From an uncultured Verrucomicrobiae bacterium (lineage in GTDB: Bacteria; Verrucomicrobiota; Verrucomicrobiia; Limisphaerales; Palsa-1400), in contig OY969763.1 of assembly GCA_963702845.1 (NCBI GenBank), positions 1,760,001 to 1,824,000 on the forward strand: a stretch of 64,000 nucleotides of DNA. The letters run 5' to 3'. The notes beneath the pieces were generated by a model, which was not told where the DNA came from, made no database searches, and saw nothing but the letters and a program-made list of their open reading frames with translations. Position 1 is the first letter of the stretch. Each line of letters begins with the position of its first letter. This document shows, in pieces, positions 49,767-57,536 of the stretch. A program made the translations under genes and the position numbers.

Positions 49767-50462
49767 TTAGATTTTCATTTCGCGTTTGATGCGTTCCAGT
49801 TGCTCGCGTGTTATTCCGCCTTTCTGTGGGACTTTGGGGCGGTTTGGTTTCTTCGAGACGTCAGCGTATTTTTTCAATTCCAGTGCGGCGCGGTCGCGCA
49901 TGATGGCGTTGCGTTCGTGGACGGCATGGGCGCGGATGAGACGAAAAAAGTTTTCGGGTTTTTCGTTCATGAGGGCGCGCAGTTCCTGGATGTTGCAGTT
50001 TTTGATGATGTCGTGGATTTGCAGCGCGATATCGAAGTCGGAACTGTCGCGGACGGCTTCGCGATTGGATTTGTCGGATTTTGTGCGCGAGGCGGCCAAG
50101 GCTTCGGCATGGAGACGTTTGTTTTCGGTCGCGACTTGTTCGGCGAGCCAATCGGTGTAGCCAGAGTTTTTCCAGGAGCGGAGTTGTTTGTGAGTGATGT
50201 TTTCGCAGTGGCGCTCTTTCAAGCCGGCCAAAATTTGGGTGTAGGTGAGGCCGTCGCGAAAGGCGGTGTTGATCCATTTGCGAGTGCGCGGGGAAAGGCT
50301 TTGGATAGTGCCCCAGCGGCGGCGATTTGACGCGGGTTTGGTTGTTTCACTGGTGGCGTTGGGTTCAGCCGTCCCTTCGGGACAGGTCGCCGGAGCAGAC
50401 GTAGGAGTGATGTTGTTGACGTTGGCAACATCGGTGTTTTCAAGTTGTTCAGGTGTGTTCAT
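49767..50462 (-). CDS. Phage Mu gp27/DUF3486-like protein (copy 2, intact)
   Basis: RRRWGTIQSLSPRTRKWINTAFRDGLTYTQILAGLKE...WKNSGYTDWL; C-term GGITREQLERIKREMKI. Confidence 0.65.
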   Translation of the reverse strand: MNTPEQLENTDVANVNNITPTSAPATCPEGTAEPNATSETTKPASNRRRWGTIQSLSPRTRKWINTAFRDGLTYTQILAGLKERHCENITHKQLRSWKNSGYTDWLAEQVATENKRLHAEALAASRTKSDKSNREAVRDSSDFDIALQIHDIIKNCNIQELRALMNEKPENFFRLIRAHAVHERNAIMRDRAALELKKYADVSKKPNRPKVPQKGGITREQLERIKREMKI

Positions 50463-50480
50463 AGGTTTGATACAAATATT

Positions 50481-50600
50481 TTTTTTGGGTTTTAGTGGAT
50501 GCAGGTGGTCGGTGTTGGGCGAGATTGGATGTTAATGAACGAAAGTGGGCACCCCCCCCCCCCTTTGGTCGAAAATGGATGAAAGTGGGCAATCGCGGGT
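50481..50600. repeat. Helically phased 10-bp repeat array starting ~20 bp upstream of DUF3486-like copy 2
   Basis: TGG in the same register in decamers starting 50481, 50491, 50501, 50511, 50521, 50541, 50561, 50571, 50581 (TGA at 50531, CGG at 50591); GAAAGTGGGC occurs twice. Confidence 0.8.
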
Positions 50601-51014
50601 GGTAAGCAAATCAGAGCCAGCAGCGACAAAGAATTGTCGCGGCTTGCTACGTTCGGTGCGGGAATCGGAATCGCCGCGTTGTGTTTATGTTGCATGCATC
50701 GCATAACGCGACCGATTGTGCCATAAAGTAGCTACGCGTCAAAAACTGTAGGGAAAGGAGGGAAGCCGGGGAAAGAAATGATAGTTTTTTTGAGAAAAAG
50801 GTGGTGGTTTTAGAGGGTTGGCATGGAAGTTGAGTCAACGCAAAGGCGCGAGGATGCAAAGACGCAAAGAGGACTGGAAACACGGACGGAGAAAACCACG
50901 GAGACACAGAGGTTGTTGGAAAGGAAATATTGCCATCCTTGGCCTGCTTTCGGTTGACTGTCCGCAGACACGGGTCCAGCATCAACCAACACGCGAATAC
51001 ACCTGAAACTGAGG

Positions 51015-51061
51015 CATATGTTATTATCAGGTCAAATCAGCATAATAATGAATAGTTAGCC
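51015..51061 (+). mobile_element. attI-like site heading an integron cassette array
   Basis: GTTAGCC core at 51055 with no upstream RYYYAAC stem; AT-rich, with TTATTAT/ATAATAA inverted motif; exact complement of the first cassette's R'' GGCTAAC. Confidence 0.6.
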
Positions 51062-51074
51062 GTTTTCACGCGCC

Positions 51075-51635
51075 ATGATTTTCGGAGACCCAAAAGACTT
51101 TGCGATTGAGGCGTATCACGAACCCTCCGGCTCTCAGTATGGTGGGTTTGGTAGAATGTGCATTCACATCCAGGGCATGTCCCTCGGCGATATTCGCGAC
51201 AATCACTGCTCATTGGTTCACGCTACGGACCGCATTCGAGAGGTGGCTGCTGATTTCGAGTCGCTCTGGCATGCTAGTTTCGCCGGCTTATCGGACGCGG
51301 ATGTGTTTGGTCTCATTGACCGGGAGATTTACACGGGTGATGCGTCCGAGAGTGGTCCGAGCTATGATGCCTCCGATTTTCTCACAAACACAGGCGAGAT
51401 GTTCGATGGCACGAAGACCTTCATCATCTTCCGACCGCCCGACCGGATTCACATTCTGTTTCGTCTTCGGGATGACACGTTTGGAGCTGCTTCATGTAGC
51501 GTCCAGAGTTTCCGCGGAGTTGCCGACGCCTTTGTTAGCTGGTTCGAGGAGCAGGTGCGAATGACTGCTCCACCATTTTTTCCCATCAACCCATTTGACC
51601 TGAATGAGAAAGTTCCAGACGACCGAAACGGCTAA
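51075..51635 (+). CDS. Cassette 1: Imm42-like polymorphic-toxin immunity protein
   Basis: N-terminus MIFGDPKDFAIE...GRMCIHIQGMSLGD resembles Imm42 (from memory, not searched); stop codon lies inside attC R''. Confidence 0.55.
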   Translation: MIFGDPKDFAIEAYHEPSGSQYGGFGRMCIHIQGMSLGDIRDNHCSLVHATDRIREVAADFESLWHASFAGLSDADVFGLIDREIYTGDASESGPSYDASDFLTNTGEMFDGTKTFIIFRPPDRIHILFRLRDDTFGAASCSVQSFRGVADAFVSWFEEQVRMTAPPFFPINPFDLNEKVPDDRNG

Positions 51636-51722
51636 CCATCGCGCTACACTCAAAGTCGGGAATGCCTTCTGTTACATATCGGGCGTCATTGGCACAGCGC
51701 GAGTAAGCGCGGGTCGTTAGGC
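51630..51722 (+). mobile_element. attC site 1
   Basis: GGCTAAC...CGCGCTACACTC...GAGTAAGCGCG...GTTAGGC. Confidence 0.88.
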
Positions 51723-51734
51723 GGCATCACGCGT

Positions 51735-52241
51735 ATGCAATGTTTTACACCAAGTGAGTGTTCGGAATGGTTGCAGCAGCGTGGGATTATTGAGTTTCCA
51801 TATGGCACCAAACGAGAGGCGATGACGCTTCAGTTTGAACCGCCACGCAACCCTCGGAAGCTTACTGCGTTTACTCGTGAGTTATTCGGCGCTTTTGGAG
51901 AGTTTTCAGGAGCGTTGTTGCAGTTCACGGATTGGCCGCTTTACCAGCCGGATGAGATGGCTTTGATTGTTTCGTTACGGCGCAGTCATGGCGAGCAGCG
52001 TTGGTTGATTGATGCCCCCGGCCATTTATTTGCTCCCACAGAGATGGCAGAAGCTATTGGGCATTATTATTTGGCTTCGATTTTTGATTGGAGCGTCTAT
52101 TTGTATATGGCATCTGGAGCGGGCACAGTTTATTTCTGGGAAGGCGACCTGATTGATGTATTTGGATTCGACAAAAGTATCAGCCAAAACATTCACGAAC
52201 TTGTTAAGAGTTATGATTTGCGAGTTACATATGGCGCGTAG
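51735..52241 (+). CDS. Cassette 2: hypothetical protein
   Basis: 168-aa ORF filling the space between attC1 and attC2. Confidence 0.8.
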   Translation: MQCFTPSECSEWLQQRGIIEFPYGTKREAMTLQFEPPRNPRKLTAFTRELFGAFGEFSGALLQFTDWPLYQPDEMALIVSLRRSHGEQRWLIDAPGHLFAPTEMAEAIGHYYLASIFDWSVYLYMASGAGTVYFWEGDLIDVFGFDKSISQNIHELVKSYDLRVTYGA

Positions 52242-52335
52242 CAATCCGCTGGGGACAACGCCGGTTGGGTGTTGCCAGTTCCGCTTTGCGGACTACGGTT
52301 TTAGGTCCGGCGCGCCGGAGCTCTGGACGTTAGGA
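52236..52335 (+). mobile_element. attC site 2 (degenerate)
   Basis: GCGTAGC (2 changes from GCCTAAC)...GCCGG...CCGGC...GTTAGGA. Confidence 0.7.
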
Positions 52336-52346
52336 AGCGGCAAAGT

Positions 52347-52487
52347 ATGCGAAGTGTCCTGTCGATATTTTCAGCAATTTGGTCGGCAACATTAGGGCGG
52401 CCTCTGTCATGGCAGACCGCTCTCGTGGTGGTGATCATTATTGCGCTTGCGATTGCAGTGCTGCTCCCATTTCTAGCGTCGACATGA
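52347..52487 (+). CDS. Cassette 3: 46-aa membrane peptide
   Basis: MRSVLSIFSAIWSATLGRPLSWQTALVVVIIIALAIAVLLPFLAST*, placed between attC2 and attC3. Confidence 0.6.
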   Translation: MRSVLSIFSAIWSATLGRPLSWQTALVVVIIIALAIAVLLPFLAST

Positions 52488-52503
52488 ACAATTCAATTTT
52501 ATT

Positions 52504-52663
52504 GCCTAACCAGAGCGCTGGAGATTTGAACAAATTATTTTGCTCTTCGCTGCCGCGAAGTGCGGACGGCGAGTTGACGATTCCTCCTTCGCCATGGCTA
52601 TGGAGGACGGGGCTTTTACAATCCGTGAGTCAGTGGGCGGCCGCCGTTGAGTTTGAGTTAGGT
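52504..52663 (+). mobile_element. attC site 3, enlarged by a 39-bp insertion and a loop hairpin
   Basis: GCCTAAC-CAGAGC-GCTGGA[39 bp]GCGGACGGC...GCCGCCGTTGAGT...GTTAGGT. Confidence 0.8.
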
Positions 52664-52667
52664 GAAC

Positions 52668-52892
52668 ATGAAGAACATTCAGCTATCTTCGCAGGAGAGT
52701 GACCGCAAAGTCGCAAGAATTGCATCACTCATCTTTATGGGTGTCGCTTGGCTGTCTCTGACGGCATTTTTAGCCTGGTACCTCACCACAAATGGAAATG
52801 CGTTGAGCCACAGCATCGTCGTCGTTAGCATCTTTTCGATTCCCCTGCTGCTTATTCCATTTCAGTTGTGGCGCTATTTCAAAAACAAATGA
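52668..52892 (+). CDS. Cassette 4: 74-aa two-TM membrane protein
   Basis: ATG 4 nt after the attC3 core; two hydrophobic helices; ends 4 nt before attC4. Confidence 0.7.
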   Translation: MKNIQLSSQESDRKVARIASLIFMGVAWLSLTAFLAWYLTTNGNALSHSIVVVSIFSIPLLLIPFQLWRYFKNK

Positions 52893-52896
52893 CTAA

Positions 52897-53028
52897 GGCT
52901 AACCAGAGTGCTGGAGATTTGAACAAATTATTTTGCACGTCGCTACCGCGAAGCGCGGACGGCGGGACGACGCCGCCTTTGCAATCGTTGAGTCAGTGGC
53001 CCGCCGCCGCTGAACTGAATATTTAGGC
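52897..53028 (+). mobile_element. attC site 4, with the same 39-bp insertion and a mutated core (TTTAGGC)
   Basis: GGCTAAC-CAGAGT-GCTGGA[39 bp]GCGGACGGCGGG...CCCGCCGCCGCT...TTTAGGC. Confidence 0.78.
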
Positions 53029-53044
53029 GACTAGCAAACGTCAC

Positions 53045-53215
53045 ATGAAACGCCATTTTTACGCAACAAACGAGGATTTGCTACAGGTTATCGAAATGCC
53101 GAACGAAAGCACAAAGTTGCCTATACGCTCACAGGCGCTTACGACCAATCCGCCCAAATCGCTCGTGGCGCCATCATTGATGGAACGCAGACCGGCGAAA
53201 TTGACCTGAATTGAT
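53045..53215 (+). pseudogene. Cassette 5 remnant: truncated or frameshifted ORF, no downstream attC
   Basis: MKRHFYATNEDLLQVIE... begins 16 nt after the attC4 core and degrades quickly. Confidence 0.4.
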
Positions 53216-53334
53216 CAGAGCGGTCTCGCGATATCCGTTTCGAATCGGGATGCAGAGCATCGCCGACAAAATGGCTGGCGGCGCGAGGTCGACTAAGTGA
53301 GGTCCTTAATCGGAGTCGCGCGACGTGCGCTGGG

Positions 53335-53820
53335 CTACTGTTTAACTTCAGTCGCGATCCGTTTCTCCGGCGGTTTCCAATTGACGTTGATGCCGCCGGC
53401 GGTGATGAGTTTGCAGCTCTGGATTTCTTTCAGGGCATCGGTCTCGGTCACCGGCTTGGGCGCGACGTGCAAGAAAGTCGCTCCGGGAAGGACGGTCAAT
53501 CGGATGTATTGGACCTGGTTTTCTTTGAGTGTCAGTTGCGTTTTTTCGGCCGATTCGGTCGTGCATTGAACCGTGTAATCGCCGGGTTTGCGGTCGACAT
53601 AGAAGAAGCAGCCGGGCTGACATTTGCCGATGGCTGTGTCGTTGATGAAAACTTCCGGCTGCGTCATGGTGCCGAAGAGCTTGCTCGGGCGATAGAACCA
53701 GACGCGGGCGTCGCCTTTGGGCGGCGGTGTCAGGGCGGTGGTATAGGTTTTATAACTTGGTCCGCTGGCGCAGCCGGCAAAGCCGGCGCAAAGAATAACG
53801 AGAAGTGTGACATGTTTCAT
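53335..53820 (-). CDS. DUF2846-like lipoprotein
   Basis: GFAGC lipobox; ARVWFYRPSK...PEVFIND...GCFFYVDRKPGDY; SD GGAGG before ATG 53820. Confidence 0.8.
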   Translation of the reverse strand: MKHVTLLVILCAGFAGCASGPSYKTYTTALTPPPKGDARVWFYRPSKLFGTMTQPEVFINDTAIGKCQPGCFFYVDRKPGDYTVQCTTESAEKTQLTLKENQVQYIRLTVLPGATFLHVAPKPVTETDALKEIQSCKLITAGGINVNWKPPEKRIATEVKQ

Positions 53821-54010
53821 CTGGTTCCTCCTGTTAACGTTGATTTTACAACCAACGTTGTCGGCGCACCGCCGACGCGTGGAACGAAACACGAAAAGCC
53901 TTGGTTTGACAGTGTGGATTTTCTTGGTTGTTGGCTGCTGGAATCCCTGTGGTTGATTGAGGCTTTGTCCGCGTCAACAAGCGAGTGCGGTGCGTCAAAT
54001 CGGGACGAAC

Positions 54011-54108
54011 AACAGAGGCCGTGAGCACGCGGTTGCAGGAATGAGGCCGATTGGTTGCAGGGTTAGGTCGATGGCAGAAAACCGCTTGCTCACGCGCGCG
54101 CCTCTGTT
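54011..54108. repeat. REP-like palindromic element (family A, copy 2)
   Basis: AACAGAGGCCGTGAGCACGCGGTT ... AACCGCTTGCTCACGCGCGCGCCTCTGTT; right arm nearly identical to 19103-19131. Confidence 0.75.
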
Positions 54109-54166
54109 CGCGTTCGCGCTGCGAACTTACTTGACCGGAATGGCCTTCCATTGCCAAATCACATCT

Positions 54167-55246
54167 ATGCGAACATACGTTCTCTCCAAATTGCGCCTAC
54201 TCTGGCCCGTCCTTCTCTTGAGTTTAATCATCAGTGGCTGCGTCACGCGTCCGGGAACAATGGCGAAGCGCACGGGAGATGAAATTATGGTTGCGGGCAA
54301 CTACGTTCACACCGGCACGCCGGTTGTGCTCTGGACGGATCCGGGTGGTTACGACGCGTATCGCGTGGATCGCCGCTTTGCGCCGATCGCTGATTCGGGC
54401 TGGGACAAGACCAAGGAAAAGGTCAAAGGGATGGATTCGCCGGCCCGCTATTCGATGCGCCAAGGCGATCTGAACGATGCCGAGATCGAACGCGTTCGTG
54501 GCGGTGGCTGGGATTTGCCAACGCTTCAACGTGTGGTTGACCAATTCGTAATTCATTTCGACGTCGCGGGCACGTCTCGCACTTGTTTCAAAGTTTTGCA
54601 CGATTCGCGCGATCTGAGCGTTCATTTCATGCTGGATGTCGACGGCACTCTCTATCAAACACTCGATTGCAAAGAGAAAGCATGGCAGGCGACGATTGCC
54701 AACGGCCGCTCGGTCGGCATCGAAATCGCGAACATGGGCGCGTATCCGTTGAACGACAACAAGACTTTGGGCGAATGGTATAAAACAGATGCAACCGGCC
54801 ACACCGCGTTGACGATTCCGGCACGTTACGGAAAGAATCCGGTGCGTACGGCTGATTTCCACGGCAAGCCGGCGCGCAAAGACGCGGTCGTCGGTGACAC
54901 GCAGGGACATCACCTCAAGCAATATGATTTCACGCCGCAACAATATGAGGCTTTGGCGCACTTGACGGCGACCTTGTGCACGGTGTTTCCGAAGATCACC
55001 TGCGACTTTCCGCGCGACAAAGATGGTAAATTAATTCCTCACAAATTGCCGAAAGAGGAACTCGATAATTATCACGGTGTGCTGGGTCACTTCCACGTGC
55101 AAACGAACAAGACCGATCCCGGTCCGGCGTTTCAGTGGGATTACGTGATCGGTCGCGCGCGCCAGCTCATGGGCAAACAGCCTGAACACGGCGCTGAAGG
55201 ATTGGTGCATCCGGTTCAGGCCACGTTGTTGTACGACAATCGATAA
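54167..55246 (+). CDS. N-acetylmuramoyl-L-alanine amidase (Amidase_2/AmiD-like), lipoprotein
   Basis: IISGC lipobox; FVIHFD, SVHFMLD, SVGIEIAN, GHFHVQTNKTDPGPAF zinc-ligand motifs. Confidence 0.88.
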   Translation: MRTYVLSKLRLLWPVLLLSLIISGCVTRPGTMAKRTGDEIMVAGNYVHTGTPVVLWTDPGGYDAYRVDRRFAPIADSGWDKTKEKVKGMDSPARYSMRQGDLNDAEIERVRGGGWDLPTLQRVVDQFVIHFDVAGTSRTCFKVLHDSRDLSVHFMLDVDGTLYQTLDCKEKAWQATIANGRSVGIEIANMGAYPLNDNKTLGEWYKTDATGHTALTIPARYGKNPVRTADFHGKPARKDAVVGDTQGHHLKQYDFTPQQYEALAHLTATLCTVFPKITCDFPRDKDGKLIPHKLPKEELDNYHGVLGHFHVQTNKTDPGPAFQWDYVIGRARQLMGKQPEHGAEGLVHPVQATLLYDNR

Positions 55247-55251
55247 TTGAA

Positions 55252-57282
55252 TTAGTGGTCAGGACGGTGTTGCTGTGCTGGCGGCGGTGCAGTGTGCACT
55301 TGAACGCTGGGGGCCGCTGCCGGTGGAGCAGGCGCAACATGCACCTGCGGTGGCGGCGCTGAGACGTGGGCAGGCGGGGCTGACACATGCGGAGGCGGCG
55401 CGGAGACGTGCGGAGGGGCGGAAACGTGTGGCACTGGTTCAGCGTGTGGCACTGCCTCCGGCGGTCTTGTTGCTCCCGCAGGTTCATGAACGGGTGCCTG
55501 AGGTGGTGCTTCAACTCGCGGAGCTTCAGGGGAAGCGCGATGAACTTCGGGCGCTGGTGTCGTCACGTGCGGTGCGGGAGCAGGCTTCGGGTGTGGAACT
55601 TCCGTTACTTGCGGATTCGTCGGATGAGGAGTCTCTGTCACGCGCGGAGTTGTGCTCGGATGCGGCACCTCTGTGATATGCGAATTAGGCTTTGGGACCT
55701 CTGTTGCTTTCGGATTTGTTGGTCGCGGAGTTTCGGTTACGCGCGGTGTTTCACTCGGGTGCGGCACTTCACTGGGATTTGTCGTTTTAGGAACCTCACT
55801 CACTCGCGGGTTGGTCGGATGAGGCGTTTCTGTCACGTTCGGAGTTGTGGACGTTCCCGGTGTGTGCGTCACGTTCGGATTGGTCGGATGCTGAGTTCCG
55901 GTGGTGCGACGAGTATTGCTCGTGCGCGGCGTTTGCAACGGTTGTTGCGTGGTCGTGTGCGGTTGCGTCGTTGTGGTCGTGCGCGGTTCTGTTGTCGTGG
56001 TTCGCGGAGTGGTCGTAGTTGTGTTTCGTCCCGCGGGCGCGTTGTTCACGCGGCCGGGACCGGTGTTATTGATCGGTGTAGTTGGAACCGAACGAGCATT
56101 CGGAGGAAGCCGGTGCCCAACAATTTGCGTGTTCCGAACAGGCGTCGGCGCTTGTTGCGGACGGACGATGGAAACTTGTGATCCATTGCGCACCACTCCA
56201 GGACGTGCCACGCGCGGGTCTTCTGTCGAGGTTCGAACTTGCGCCACATGCACTGGTCCCGTGTAACGCTGGACGGTTTGACGCGAGATGCCAGGATTGC
56301 GGGCATAGTTATTGTTTACGACGGTGACGTTGTTGATTACGCGCGTGCGGTTGTAAAACTGGTTTACGTCGTGGTGAGACAGCTCGTGGCGGTGATAGTC
56401 GCCGTGGAACATATCTCCAAAATGGATGAACGTGAATAAGTTCGCGCCGATTCCAAATCCAATGTCAGCGCCCACACCGAAATGGAATCCTGCCCGGCCA
56501 TAGCCGCGGAAGCCGGAAGGCGGCAGCGGTGCCCAGCCGCAATAGTCGCCGGAATCGCGCCACACGACCCAGCTCGGCGCCCAAATGGTGTCCGGGAACC
56601 AAACCCATCCGCACGACGCCTGCCACCAGCGGCCGTAGTGGAATGGTGCCCAACCCCAGTTGTAGCCGGATTGCCAATACCAACCGTCATCGCAATAAAG
56701 CCAATTGCCATTGTCGCAGTAAGGTTGCCAGTTCACCGAGGTGCGGACTACAGACGGCTGCCAGCACCAGCCGTAGCCTTCGAGGTAAATCCAGCTACCG
56801 TACGGTCGTAAGTCATTATAAAATGAAGCGACCTGCGGCGGTGCCTGGTCCGGTGCGACCTGCATGACTTGAGCCGATTGATCTGAATAGGGCTGTTGAT
56901 TGGCATAACCGTTCGCATACGCATCCGGCGGATTGACTTGCGCCGTTTGGTCGGTCGGAGGGCTTTGGTCGTAATTTTGTGGCTGCTGAGGATAATTCGG
57001 TTGCGCGGTGTTTTGCGTTTGCCCCTGCGCAATAGCGGTATCGTGCGCGATCATTGCAGAAATGATCGACTGCGGCACGCCGTTGTTTTGCAGATATAAT
57101 ATGTCGTCCGCATTTAGATTATAGGTCGCGCTGGAATTATTGACGTAACCTTCGAGCACTTGCTCGCTGACGCCCGATTGCGCCATTCGCAGAACGTCTT
57201 GGCTGGCGGAATTGATTGCGCCCGATGTCGAGAAACCAACGATTGCAATACACACCACAGGAAAGATGACCCAAGTTCTCAT
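55252..57282 (-). CDS. Secreted DUF6600-type protein with long Pro/Thr/His repeat tail
   Basis: LRPYGSWI...WQPYCDNGNW...WGWAPFHYGRW...WAPSWVVWR...GWAPLPP; tail repeats (V/I)TE(T/V)P(H/R/K)P and APP(P)HVS; SD GGAGG. Confidence 0.82.
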   Translation of the reverse strand: MRTWVIFPVVCIAIVGFSTSGAINSASQDVLRMAQSGVSEQVLEGYVNNSSATYNLNADDILYLQNNGVPQSIISAMIAHDTAIAQGQTQNTAQPNYPQQPQNYDQSPPTDQTAQVNPPDAYANGYANQQPYSDQSAQVMQVAPDQAPPQVASFYNDLRPYGSWIYLEGYGWCWQPSVVRTSVNWQPYCDNGNWLYCDDGWYWQSGYNWGWAPFHYGRWWQASCGWVWFPDTIWAPSWVVWRDSGDYCGWAPLPPSGFRGYGRAGFHFGVGADIGFGIGANLFTFIHFGDMFHGDYHRHELSHHDVNQFYNRTRVINNVTVVNNNYARNPGISRQTVQRYTGPVHVAQVRTSTEDPRVARPGVVRNGSQVSIVRPQQAPTPVRNTQIVGHRLPPNARSVPTTPINNTGPGRVNNAPAGRNTTTTTPRTTTTEPRTTTTTQPHTTTQQPLQTPRTSNTRRTTGTQHPTNPNVTHTPGTSTTPNVTETPHPTNPRVSEVPKTTNPSEVPHPSETPRVTETPRPTNPKATEVPKPNSHITEVPHPSTTPRVTETPHPTNPQVTEVPHPKPAPAPHVTTPAPEVHRASPEAPRVEAPPQAPVHEPAGATRPPEAVPHAEPVPHVSAPPHVSAPPPHVSAPPAHVSAPPPQVHVAPAPPAAAPSVQVHTAPPPAQQHRPDH

Positions 57283-57536
57283 GAAAACCTCCACCCCAAG
57301 TTACGATTGTTTTGGCGCTGGTCAAAGGGGGTTCCACCTGAATTTATTGGTCACATTGAAAGTTTTTTTTGAAGAAAAGGCAGGTTTGGTTTCGTAAAAA
57401 AGTTGACCGAACCGTTCATTGGCAACAACTTCTAGAGAGGGTAGGCAAATCAATTTGAACATTCGTAAGGAAAACCCTGTCATTAAGTTGAAATTACGGC
57501 GTACTTAGGCGACCCTATTCCGCTAAACAAATTGAA

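Larger units (their letters stand above)
51055..53215 (+). mobile_element. Integron gene-cassette array (4 attC, 5 cassettes), no intI in window
   Basis: Short co-oriented ORFs, each starting about 4-16 nt after a GTTRRRY-like core and ending in or next to RYYYAAC of an imperfect palindrome. Confidence 0.88.

Noticed and set aside
50810..50992. Minus-strand ORF containing PKAGQGWQYF, reminiscent of the IntI-specific 'P.A..EW.WQ..FP' patch, just upstream of attI
   Set aside because: No RHS/HxLRH or other tyrosine-recombinase motifs. The rest is translated simple-repeat DNA, and that patch should lie far from attI. Probably coincidence; a tBLASTn with IntI would settle it.
52504..53028. Two ~65-bp direct repeats about 390 bp apart, considered as a CRISPR array
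   Set aside because: Only two copies, separated by a whole ORF, and explained as attC sites; no cas genes
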